This document shows, in pieces, positions 1-13,573 of a stretch of 64,000 nt of DNA; the stretch's first letter is position 1; each line of letters starts with the position of its first letter. The translations under genes were made by a program, and so were the position numbers. Under the pieces are notes generated by a model. It was not told the origin of the DNA, ran no database searches, and saw only the letters and a program-made list of their open reading frames with translations. Source of the DNA: Daphnia carinata (taxonomy: Eukaryota); the NCBI RefSeq assembly GCF_022539665.2, contig NC_081333.1, forward strand, positions 10,850,001 through 10,914,000, in the 5' to 3' direction.

Positions 1-3000
1 GTGCAGTAATAAGGTAAAGGGCAAGGTACAGGTCATTTTGGGTGCGTTCCAAAATTGAAAAAAAAAAATTATAATACCCGCGATGGTCAGGTGTGTTATC
101 TATCCGTTGAAATGTACACTCTACGGAACATGCTGCTCTTCACACTGTATGTACAAAACCGTAGATTTCTTGGGATAGATACACAGAAAAGCGTAGCACG
201 AACAAGAAAAGCCAAACTTTGCAAAAAAAATCGATGGGATTCAATGCTGTTTTTTTTTTGTTTTTTTTTGCCAGACGACAGAGACCCGATTCTTTACGTA
301 TAGTGGCAGGTGAATTGCGGATGTTGTTCGACAACAAAAACATCGGCCGACACTCTTGCAGCCTGTGGCGGCTTTGCGGAATGCTAGGCAGGTCAACATT
401 TAGAGAGAGGGAGAGAGAGAGAGAGAGAAAGAAGAAGAAAAAAAATATGAATAAGGACTTTTTTTTTTTGTAGTCGAGACAGATCTTTTTACCTTTCTCA
501 CCTGTGTGTGTCGGCTCGCGCTGACAATGGAACAAAAGGGGGGCCATCGGCGAGTCAACACTTGTCGGCTCGGGAACCTGTCTTTTGTTAAAGGTGAGAA
601 TATCTAAAAATTGAAATTGAAAAGCAAAAAAAAAGAGGAAAGATTGAACACAATCCAATCTCTTGTATTCACCTTTTTACCTTGTTGTTGGTTATTTATT
701 TATTTATTTATTTTACATTTTTTTCTTTTTTGATTCGCAAAAAGACTGGAACAAAAGAAGACAGATGATGCCGATTTTTAGGGTCGAAGTTTGTGGATGA
801 TATCCCGGTGTTTCTTTCCTTTTCCTTTTGCTTTTTTCTTAAAAATAAGTCTCAACAGATTTTCGAAAATGTGATAATCGTGCAGAAAGGAAAAGCTTTC
901 AAAACAAATCAGGGATTAAAATCAGACGAGCAGCGCGCGTTCCATCTTAGATAATTCGTCCGCATTTGTTGACCTTGTGCTCTGAGAACCCCCCAAAAAA
1001 ATATATTTTGGTTTTGTCCCTTCCATTTTTGGGTGGGTTTTCTATAACGTAATCTGATTTCATTTTTCCTCTTGTGTGGTTGCCCTGCATGTTCCACTCG
1101 CCTGCGTTTACCCAAACCATCTAAGCCCTTCATTATTCCATTAGACTTTTTAAAGAATTTCAAGGCATTGAAAGATTAAGGTCTGCCGGAAAAGCTCCCA
1201 ATGGAAGAGGACGGTGATGACGGCCGAACGCTCCCGACAACAGCAAACAAGCCAGTGGTCGGGATCGATCAACTTCAACGGCTCGTTGAACTGGAAAACA
1301 ACAAGGAAAAAAAAGTTCAGTCAAGAGCAAAACGAGATGGATGGAAAGGAAGGAGCGGGAAGGAAACCGGATTAAATCGGATGGGGCGTGATGATGATGA
1401 TGATGATGCAAACCCAACGTCCTCCACGGGTGGACCTTGTATAGTTTGTGTAACATCCAAATAGATTAGAGTCACCGCGTCATCCATCTTGGTGAAAATG
1501 AAAAATGAAACACTTGATGAAATCCGATCTTTTTTCAAGGACTATTTGGTTTGAATTATTATTTGTATACGTAACGTTGATGTGATGTTTCACCAGTTGT
1601 TTGTTTAAACAAACAAAACAAAAAAAAAACTTCTTTGGGAATTTGATTTGTTGTCAGTTGATTTTTATGGAGGCCTATCGTAACGCATAGTTTACGTTTG
1701 AACAAAAAATTCACTTCGATTGATGCGAATGATTTCGAATCCATCACATTGACAGACCGGTTCAAATCTAGACCGGAATTACTGGAATGATGGATCGCCT
1801 TTAGGGCGGAATGTTTCCATATTATCCTCGTTTTTTTTTTTTTCTTTTTCTTTCTATCTCTCCCACCCTTCTCTCCTCTTTTTTCTTTTTTAAATGTAGT
1901 TTACCGTGTCTGTATGCATATTTATCTCTTACTTTTTTCTTTAATCTTTCGATTCTTTTTCTGTCTTTCCCATACCTGTGAGAAACCCAGGTGAAATTCT
2001 TGCTTAACGTGAACCACCACCTTACCGCCTCTCATTGAAAATGATGACCCATGAACGAATAAAAAAAAGAAGAAGAAGAAGAGGATGGGAGAGCTATGGC
2101 AAGTACCAAATGATGGGCTTTAGACTTTATTTTTCTTCTTCGCTCAATTGAATAATTCAACCAAGTAGTTCATGCGTCGTCGCTCCAGGCCCCCCTCCTT
2201 TCACTCGTTTACTATCGAATTGTGTGTGTTAGCCAGAGAGAGTTGTGTGTGTGTGCGTATTCAGAATACACACACACACACACACACACTATAACTTGTA
2301 GTTATATTTCAATCTCTGCCCTAGCTCCAGGAGTGATGTCGGCCGCTAAAAGGAGTATTACGAATTATTGCGCCATGTTGTAAAAGTATATATGACGCCC
2401 TGTAGAACGTGTATGTGTGTGGGTTAAGAAACAAGTTCTCGATCGACGATTGTATGAAATCTAATGAAAGCATAAATATTTTCAAAAAATATAAACCGTG
2501 GGAATGGTGATGAATAAGTGCTTACAAGTCCGGGGCATACCTTTGGACGATCATTATTATATAATTCCCTACTCTTTTTTTTCTCTTGTTTTGTATAGAT
2601 AAAAGTTGAAAAGCTGGGGCGATATGTTGTCGAGCGAGAGCGGCCATTATTTAGAAAATAAATGAACAACTCGAAACACGTACGCCATGAACAACTCACG
2701 ATCCGACTCAATTTTTCTTCTTTTTTTTTTCTATTTATCTAATAATTTTTGTGCTGTTGTTGTTGTGTGTTTCTATAGAGGAGAAAAGAAGGAGGGGGGG
2801 GGAGACCGCCTTGGTTGCTCGTCGATCCATCACCACCTTCGAGCGGCGCCATCACACAAGGTAAGCAATTAACATTCAATTAATTAAGGGTCTCTCTCTT
2901 GCCTCACGATTTTTTGGTCTTTTATTTTTTATTTTTTATTTGTCTGCTGATGTGTGTCTAGCCCTTTCATTATTATCTTTTTTTCAGTTCAATAAATACC

Positions 3001-6000
3001 TACGTTGCGAAGCCACCCGGCTTCCTTTTCGGTTTGCCCGCTCATGCCTCAGTGGCATCAGCTTCATCAATTTTCTTCAGAAATGCAAGTAAACCTTGAA
3101 CTGCCTTTGTTGTCCCTCGACTTTTCTTTTGTTAATCTAATTACCTGCCAGTACTTATCCCGAAATCAATGACGGTCAACCCTACACGCACGCACAAGAA
3201 TTCCTCGCGTATGAGAGAGTTCGCTTCGCTTGAAATTAGAGTGGAGCAACCGCAAAAAAGACGCATGCATTCCTTTTGTTCATCTCATCCTCTTCTTCAT
3301 TTAAAATGCCCTATCTTGTTTCAGTTTGCTTTTTTTCAGGTTTCCTTCTCTTATTTTTTCAGGTGAGCTCCGCCGTCCGTGTGTAAATTACTGTGCGTTG
3401 GTTGTTTTTTGTTTTTTTTTATTATGTGACATCGTACACCTTCGACCTCGATGCGGCCAGTGTCATCCAATCCGTCACCTTGAGAAAATGAGTCGACGTG
3501 ATTTAAGAAGAAAAGTCAAAGAATAAGGACAGTGAGCCATGGGGTCCATTTATGCGGGAATAATATATTTTTTGAACAAGAACAAGGTCTTTTCGTTCTA
3601 TCAACTGTTCTGTCTATGTCTGTGTGTGTGGTATATAATTAGGGTTGGTACCACTAAGCCAGCAGCTCAGACCCACTTGTTCGCTTATTTATTTTGTTTA
3701 TTTTCTTTTTTTTTTTTTTTCACCAAAAAACAGAAAACAAAATCTGCATTGACCTTTCTGGGTTGCAACATCTGTGAGCTGTTCTCTCTCATCCGCCTCC
3801 CTCTTTTGTTTTCCCCTCATTTTTGACAGTGTTTTTGATAAACACATAATTACGGTGTATATACATAGTAGTATAGTTACTATATACTCTGTACGTTTAA
3901 AACGCGTAGCTGATGCATTGTTCTTATTCCTATTCCAAAACCGCAATTAGCATTTGAAAGTATATAATTCATTTCCATTCTTCTTCTTGTTTCTTTTTTT
4001 TTTTTGGTTTATATTCTTGATAAGTGTTTTCGATATCGGAGAGGAGGTGGGTTCACACATGAGCTTATATTTTCTCTTCATTTTTTATATTTTGCTGAAG
4101 TCTTTGAAATTATACGTTCCATGCAACTGTACAAGGAGAACTTTACATGTTTCTAGGATAGCCCCAGCAGCATATTGCCCGACATTTTGGTATCACGTTG
4201 TGTATAACATATTTTTTTTTTTTTTCAATATCCACCTGAAGCGACGAAGGATTTCTCCTTTATTCGTGTGAGAATATAAAAATGCATTCCTTTTGCTATA
4301 CAGAAGAAAGAAAAAAAAAAAATGAAAGAATTCACACCTTTATTGTTATACCACAGCCAAGGCATAGGACACCGTTTCTTTCATTTTTATTATTATTTTT
4401 ATATACGTCTATGTATATTTATACGATATGATATTATTTCATTTTATTTCTCTTCTGCCTCTTTTCTTCTTTTCTTTGCCTTTTCGCCGTGATTGAATCG
4501 CTGGCGTCTTATTCCTTCGCCGCCGTTGTCCTCGTCAACATATCATTTTTTTTTTTTTTTTTTCAAGGAAAAAAAAAAAGGGCTATACACACATATACAT
4601 GATACAGCCCCCTGCTATAAATAATATCCGACCATTAGACATTCTTAATGGCCGGTTATAAAGCATTGTATACACAGGCTGTGAGGTATTATATATAGAA
4701 GAACCATTTTCGGCACTATAGTGGATTTTTCTAACCTTCTTCCAATACGATGCCATCCATCCATCCGTCCACCAACACACCGCACGCAACCACCACCAAA
4801 AGATGAAGGGAAAGAACATCTTTCGGCTAAAAAAAAAAAAAGAAAAATGTATGGAAAACCCATAAGCATCTGCGATAGGTGGAAGAAGAATGTGCGCAAG
4901 CGAGAAAATGAAGATGTTTGGAAAGGGGGACGACATGATAACAAACGGCAAAAGAAAAAAAAAAAAGATTCATAGAAAAGTGTTAAGAAAAAAAAAGACA
5001 TTAAAAAAAAGATGAGCTTTAAAGATTTATAGGTCATCACATCGGAAGGGGATTCCGATCGGCTTATGAAACACGGCAAACCTATTCAGGTGAGTCGTCG
5101 GCCTCCATCAGATCTGATTTTCAATGGGGTCTGCAGCTCTGGTCCTCTTTGCAGTGTAAAGAAAAGAGAGTTATAAATCTTAGTACATCAAAAGGGCCCT
5201 TCTCCCTTATACATCTTTGAAGAATAAAAGAAGAGCTTGGACTGTTTAGGGAAAAAAAGAAAGAATGAGGGAAAACGTTGCATCTTCTCACTAGAATTCT
5301 TGTGGTGTTCTAGCGCAACGAGTAGCAGATGAATCTCGGAACTGTTACCGCAATCGTAGCGATCCCCCAACGCGCTATAATTAAGAAAAGTCATTAAAAA
5401 GGTAAGGGACGCGTTAAAGAAAAAAAAAAAAAATAAATAAATAAATAAATCCAAAACTTTGAAGTCAGCAGGATAATAATTTGCTACGGCGACAAGAAGC
5501 GCTCCGCTATACACCTTCAAGATAGACAGTTTTCTACCCCTCTCTTGTCTTCCTCATTTCTTAATAGCTCCGGTCGTAAATAATCATGCTAATCGCGTGT
5601 AATTAACCCGTGCTCAGTGCTCTTCTCTTTCACATGTCCCTTCCCCCCCCCCCCTTCTTTTCTCAACAAACAAATGCCAAACTGTTCTTGTGTTACAAAG
5701 TATTTCCTTTCAAAATAAAAATCAGCCCCGGTTTGAATGCGTCGCCAAATGACGTACGTCAACGAAAGCTTGTGAAATTCTGCAGCTAGTTTCAATGTAG
5801 CAACCGTACATGCACATTAAACATCAATTCAAATTTCTCCTCATATGAATTTTCGCTTTTGTTTCTATGCTCACGTAATGGGCAATCCATTTTTTAAAAA
5901 AAGAAAGACGGGAATCTAAGCTATAAAATGTCGTGTAAAATATGATCCCGGAGCGTGAGGATGGCCAGCGTTTCTCGGGATTTTTCTTTTTGGTGATAAC

Positions 6001-9000
6001 GAAAAGCTGATAGCGAAAGGATGCCGATGCTCATCCTTGTATTACAATCATAAAAAAATAATAATAATAAACGTGAGGGATTGATGACACCACGTATGGT
6101 ATTTCTCTCTCATCTTTAGTGGTGTGTGCGTCTTCCGTGCGTCGTGTTCCAGAATTTGTGGGAAAAAGAGAAATGGCCGTCGCATTTTCGGGAGACGCAA
6201 TGTGTTTCCAAAACGTCCCGATGATCGATGGTTGAACAGCAAACAACAAACCACTCCCTTGTTTGCCATTCACAGCAAAGAAAAAGAAAAAAAAAGGAAA
6301 AATTTAATAGAAGGTCCATCTACAGCGGGATGGGTCTCTCCATCCTTGTTGTACGGTGCGCAGCGAGCGGTACGGCACAACGGAAAGAAACCAATGGCTG
6401 GATTTTGTGTAATGTATGTGATGATGGTGATCATCATTATCATCAGGCCATCATCATCATCATCATTGCTGGGCCCCGCCGCCTAAAAGTGTCGATCATT
6501 ATTCAAATAGATACCTCCCAAGACACCAACCGTATAACATCCTCCCGAAGACCCCGGCGCCATGTCCTTTTATTTATTTTTTATTGATCAACGTATAAAT
6601 TAAAAAGAAAAAAAACCTTGTGTTGTATTTTCTTGCCCTCCTTGCCATTTCGTGTGGTTGAAATAAATAAAGGGGAGAGAAGTTAAATAAATTTTTTAAA
6701 AACTATACAACGTCCATTTGCCAGACCATCTGGCGGAGCCACCAGAGTTTTTGAAAATGCTGTAAAATGACAAGAGAGCGCCGATTTAAACTGTAATATA
6801 TCTGTATAATGTCGTCGCTTTGTATCGGCTAACGGCCCGTAACCAATGGCTTGATGGTTTTCTCTCGTTTCTCCTGAAAGTCGGAATTTGTTCGCCGCCC
6901 TTTTGCGCTGCGCATCGAAAACAAGACGAGTAAAAGGACAAGAGAAATAAAGGAACAGACAAAAAAAAAAAAAAAAAGGGAAAGAAATCAAAGAAAATAA
7001 AATAAAAATCCCGAATTTAAAATGGTCATTCTACTTGAGTTACGACCTTCTTTTTCGTTCAATTCCCTTTTTATTGATTTATCGAAATAAAAAAAAAATG
7101 TGTTACAAAGAAATAAGAAAAAGGGAAATACGAATCGTGCTATAAAACTACTTCGTCTTTAACTCTCCTCCTACTCCCGTTGATCTTTTCTAGTGAAATA
7201 GATTAACCAGAATCCGGGGGGGGGGGGGGGGAGGGGGAACACATATAGGCTCCGGAGCTATTCACTTGAGAGACGGAGACGTAACGTACACTAAAACCCG
7301 GAGAAGAAGACGATTACGGCCAAAGTGAAATGCTTTTTCTTTCGTTTTCTATTCTTCTTCTTTCTCTTTCTTTTTTTTTTTTCTTCTTGGCATTCTGCGA
7401 TGTTCTACAGTTTGACCCCCCGAAGAGTCTCCTCTTACCTATTTTTTTTTTTTTCCCCCTTTTTTCTCTTTGACTATGGCACGGCCAGCAATACCTATAA
7501 ATTCCCGCACCGAACCGTGCGCGCTGGAATGGCGCGGATGCCACGTGGCGGGACTCGACAGGAAGCACTTGGCGGACACTTTACAGAAGCCATAAATATG
7601 GCTGCGCGCTCTCTCTCTCTCTCTCTCTCTCTCTTGCGCTTGCTATAGTCTTCTCGTAGTCTCTATAGAACCTCTCTCTCTCTCTCTCTCTCTACTATCA
7701 GTTTAACAAAAGCGAAACACACATACACAGAAAAAACCAAATAAATGTTTCTCTTCTTCGTATATATATATATATTTTTTTTTTTGCGTGACCCAGCCCC
7801 ATATTTGGAGTGTGCGGAGGAGGAGTAGGATTTGTTTTTTTTTTTTTCTCTCCAAACCTATACCTAAGCTTTTTCATTCTCTACCTCAACGAACATAAGA
7901 ATTCGAAAGCGACCCCCTTTTTTTTCTTATATAATTTTTTTTTTTTTTTTTAGTTTTTAACGGCTTTTATGTAGATTAATAATCAGTTTGGCTTTTCAAA
8001 GGGTTCGGGCGATAAATTCGTCCAAATTAGTCAATCGTTAACTTACAACTTGTTTTTTTTTTCCCCTTGGCTTGCCTATCAACCGTTTATATATTTTCGT
8101 TTTGGTCCTTTTTTTTTCGCTTCTTTCGGCTGTCTAAAAGCCGAGGAGATCGAAGAGGTGGAGGAAGCTTTTTTTTGTAGTGTGTGTATCTTTGCTAATC
8201 AGTTATGGCCGATGCGGCGTCATTGGCGGCACTAGTCTTTTGCCCTCTTCCTCCTACCTTTTCTTTTGGATCTTGTTCTTCCATTTTATTTTTAAAAAAA
8301 AAAAAAAAAAAAAAAAAAGAAAAACGGAGGTCAGAAGGACGTCGCCTTAAGTTTCTTCACCTTTTTTGTCCCCTTCTTTTTTTTTCACCCATTTCTGGTG
8401 TCATTAAATTACGAACGGAATGGAGATCCCAAGAAGTCCACCATTCGGCTAGGACATCCAATCACCCGGCGACAGTTTACGGAGAACGATTGTTCCGTTA
8501 CGTAGAAAAAGTGTCCCTTTTCGCCAAAGGTACGCCATCGAAAAATGACGCTGGCCAATGAACTTTGGCTAGAAGTTAAAAAAAAAAAAAAGAGACAAAA
8601 AAAAAAAACCATTGGCGATGATTTATAAGGCGATGTTTCACTGAAACGTTAATGCGCTAACATTACAATCTCTTCTAGTTGACAATGATGATGATGATGA
8701 CGGCTGGTGATAATGGAAAATGATGAAAAGGTGAACGCGCTGGAGCCAATGAACCCCAGTCAAAGGAGAAAAAATAATTATTATTGCTATTATAGCAGTT
8801 TATTGGGTGTGAGGAGTTAAAGGGGGGGGGGGGTTATCCATCGTTCAAATGATCGACACGACGGGCGCACCCCCTGGGCCAGCGCAATTACCGATGCCAT
8901 TTCATCGAGTTTAAGAGACTTATGGACTTAAAAAAAAAGAAGAGACCATAAAAATGGCTTTTCGTCTTGAAAAATTTCCCCTTCTTAAAGTCCCATGGTC

Positions 9001-12000
9001 CCAGCATCACCTTATTATTGCTCCATTGTACGCCGCAGTAATTACCGCATTCGTCACGGATCATTTCTTTATTATGTGTGTGTGTGTGTGTGTGCCACAT
9101 ACAATAGTGCACCGTATGACTGCGAAGCTATACGAAGCTTATAGAACGACCGAGAACCCCAAAAAGGATGGAGACGGCCGAAAGACCATTGGGCGCCTAT
9201 TATTGAGTAGTATTTAAACTTTGCAACGCACACAAGCACTCGTCATCATTGATTTATATGTAGGTTTCAGCTATTTTTATTGCTGTGCACTTTTACTGAT
9301 AATAACGGCCGGACGGCACGCAATCCCACAGGTATGTATTCTCCACCCTGAAGGAAAAGGGAGGGAAGGGGGGGGGGGTTATATTAGACCTATAACTTGT
9401 TGATCTTTTGTGTCTGAAATACATCTCTTCTTCCTCTGCATTTTGCCTCTTTTTAAACGCATTCTCACCGTTGCCTTTCTGTTTCGTTTGCCTTCGTTTT
9501 ACGAAGGGGGAAAAAAGAAATAGGATAAAAATGGGGAGAAAAAAAGAGAAATAATTGATGAGACAAGGTGTTGCTCTCACCTTTCAGCGTCACCATCCTA
9601 GCGATCATCGTTTTGAATAAATGAGCTATTAGTTTTTCCCTTGCGTTAGTTGGTTTTATGAAAGTGTCAATGCGATCGATTGACTGCGTGGAGCTATGCA
9701 ATAACATTAGAAGTTGAATGCCTTATCCGATAACAAATCAGGTCTGAAAGCAAAACGAAAATACCAAGGGTACGTCAAACGTACAGAACAGGTGGGGTAA
9801 ATGGGGCGTGGAACGTTACGACTTCAAACTTTAAAACCTTCATTTATTTTTAAAATAACAATTAGTAAACAAAAAAAGCCCTTGAAATACAGAAAAAACG
9901 AAAATTGATAAAGAGAATTAGTCAATTCTAATTGACGTCACGTGACGGTACATTATTCACACAAAAAAAAAAACATAATGAATTCCTAAATTGGCAACAA
10001 TAATAATAAAAAAAAAAAAAAAAGGAAAACTATACTTCTAAATATATCCAAACATATACCATATTTTGTCATGGAAGCGGCAACAAGAGAAAACCGCGGT
10101 GGTATGTAACTCATGTCAAACTTCCATCAGCTGTGCACACTTGTGTACACGTACACCAATACAACCAACAATACAATACATTGAATACATAAATATAGCC
10201 TAGCCTGCTGTATATTAGAATAGTATTAAAATAAAAAAAAAAAATAAAAAGAAAGAAAGAGAGACTTTGGCAGCTTGCAGTTAAAGCGTTTTTTTTGTGA
10301 AAATGGAAGCGACGTTGCATATGGCATTTATATTCGAGAGAAAAAAAAAAAAGAAGGCATCGACACACACAAAGAGTCGTCGTCTGTTCCTTTAGTTATA
10401 GAGGAAAAGTAGGCGATTTGAATGCACGTCGCAACCTTCATCAAATTCACGCGCGAGAATTCACTGTTGCGCGCATTTTCTTTTTTTTTTTTTCTTTCCG
10501 GACCGCGCTCTGATGATGTAGCTCTGTGGGCCGTCCAGCATTTCAGGAAAGAGAGAAAAAAAAGAAGCGGCGTCGGCAGCCAAAACAACCACAACTACAC
10601 AACCACAACAGCATCACAAGCTGAAAAGAAATAAGCCAAGATGGGAAAGCAAAATATAAGATGGGACATACCCAGCATATCCAACAGCATACAAGGAAGT
10701 ATAAATATATATTTTGTAATATGCATTGATTTACAAGCAACCGGGTCCGGTCATCGCGACGCCCGCAATATCAAAGCCTACTTTAATACCTAAGCGAACC
10801 GAATTAATTTACGATTCTCTTTTTCTTTTCTTTTTTTTTTCCAATAAACTAAACCGCCTTCGTCGCACCGCATTTGAACGCATCACCAACCAACCACACA
10901 CACAAAAAAAAAAGGGCTAAATATATCCACGTATTAAAGTCCTAACGTATCATCAACACCGCCAACCAAAAATCGATAACGAACGGCCCGGGCGCGTGGC
11001 TAATCGCGTCCGTCTCAACAGCCTATTTAGCGCGTATAGCACACACAGCATCAGTTCGTTGCTGGCCCGTAAAAAAAAAAAGGTAAAAAGTACAGTATGT
11101 ATTCAAGTGTGTGTGTGTGTGTGTGTGTATACAGACAGACACAGCAGTTTATGTAAATCGGGCGGAATCGATTATTTAACTGATGAGCCGTACCAGGTAC
11201 AAGCGCGCAGAGAAAAGAACGATCAAGACGAGCAAGATGGAAGAGTATTAAGGCAAAAGGATGTTTTCTCACTATTACGCGTAGATAAATAGTGAGATGA
11301 AGAAGAAGAGGATTGAGCACTCGATTGAGCGTGACGACACGCGGAATCCGGATGACCGAAACACACTGTTCCCGCACCTTTCCTTTTTTTTTTTCTCATC
11401 ACAGTGTTTTGGCCTTCTTCATCTCCTTTTTCTTTTCTCAAATTTTGTTATTTTTTTTTTTTTTTTTTCATTCTGGAGTTCTCTCATTCCCGCGTAGTCG
11501 AAAGAGATTGGAATCTCGTTTTCTATATACTAAAGGGTCGCAAGATGCTGTTCATCATCATCACCCAACCCTACTTAAATTCCAATTCCACAGAGCGAAT
11601 TACCATATACAACAGTTGGACGCGCTCTCTCTCTACTCATCTCCTTTCATATTCTTCTTTTTTTTTCTTTTTATTTATTTATTTTTTTAAAACGTTCCTG
11701 TGGCTAGCTTTGATCGACATGATTTATACTGATACATGTGTCTTGCGCCCTTTCTCTAGCGGTTTTGCCAACAATCACCTTAAACAATATCGAGATTTGG
11801 TGCGTGGCAACGAACATTCAAAAATCTTTGATTTGGATTCAATCGCTCATTTCCAGGGGCTTTCTTCAGGTAGATTAACAAACAGGCAAAATTTAATTGT
11901 GGACGTGACGAGGAATAATTTAACAGGATCCACCTGCTGATGGCGACAGGCCACGACAAAGTTGAATGCAGTCCACTGCTTCAAAGTATACAGTCGTTGG

Positions 12001-12252
12001 CGTTTTGTGTCCAGACGCGGCATGTGCGCTCTTTATTCAAAGTCATAAAAAACCATGAAAAAAAAAAAAAAAACGAGTGTGGGTTTTTGCGTTCAAATCG
12101 CATATTTTTTCTTTTCCGTATGCATAGCCAAACGTTTCCTTTTTTTTTATGTTTATTCTTTTTTAACCCGAGATTTCGTGTTCCGTTTTAATATCCATCC
12201 ACTTTTTGGAAATGGCTTACGTCGTAACGGTTTCAAAAACCACTAAATAACA

Positions 12253-12294
<42 letters not shown>

Positions 12295-13533
12295 CGAAAT
12301 GTAAACAAAATGGCAAAAGAAAAGAGCAGTTTCAACTCAAAAAATTCTCGACAGCAAAAAAAGAAAAAAAAATGTAAAATACCAGAATTTTTTATAACAA
12401 GTGTCGGTTGGCTGGCCATTGAGCAGTATACGTCTCGTTGTAGCTTGTAAACGTTACGTACCGATAAAATTCTTTTTCCCCTACCCATTATGTTCTATGT
12501 GAGTCTCGTCCAACTGTTGATGAACCGTTTTTTTTTTTTTTTTTTGCAGGCGAGATAATCATACAATAAACGACGCATTTTTTTTTTATTTCCTATTTTA
12601 TTTCACTTCCATTGCGTCCAGTGTAACGTTAGCCAACTGCCATCACAGTAAACGGAGACGACGTTATAATGTAGGGAAATTATCCCCGGCGTGTTTGCAG
12701 CGTCGTGAGAGAGAGAGACCCCCAGAAGAAAAATCGTTAAACTGTTTTGAATTCATGTACATTGGTAACGTCCGTGTTGTTGTTACTTTGTGCTCACTGT
12801 ATATACATCTTATACAGCGGGATAACAATGAGTGTGGGTTAGGTTAATTCCGAAAATCTTACGTGCGTGCATATTATATATCTGTTATCGGTAATCGACT
12901 AGCAATTTGTTTGTGCTCGCACCCATCCACCGTGGATATGAATTGCTAAACTATTTGCATCGCATTCACAGACATATGATGGGAAACTATTCATTTCCCA
13001 ATAATCGGAATATCTTAACGACCGGCAAACAGACTGGGACGATCCTCTTTTTTTTTTTTTTCTTCACGAAAAAAAAAAAATAAAAAGATGAGCGTGTTTC
13101 TTATAATCAGCTTGTTTCTAATATTATCTGTCTTTCTATTTACTTACATATTTATTTATGCACATTTCTTCAAAGAGAAACTGATTTGCATGTTTCTTTT
13201 CTCGATCGGGAAAAGAAACGGTGAATGCGTAAAGAGAAACAATCCCGATGAAGAAAAGAGGCATAAATTCAAATACAAATGCAAGATATCAATGATCCGA
13301 TTATCGAAAATCAAATTCAAAACTGTACTATCACATAATCAATGTTGCAATACGCCAACATGTTATTGTTTCTCTTTTCGATTACGTCCGCACACACACA
13401 CAAAAAAAGGACGGCGTGGGAAAAGGGAGTTTCATATAATGGCGTACATGATCGAAATCGTGGACGTGCCCGTTTTCTCTTCTTCTCACGCCGATCAAAA
13501 TGTACCTCCTATATGTACGCATACTGATCATCA

Positions 13534-13573
<40 letters not shown>

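Noticed and set aside
1201..1464. 87-aa hydrophilic ORF (MEEDGDDG...)
   Set aside because: No recognisable homology; the acidic run comes from a (GAT)n microsatellite; no supporting splice structure.
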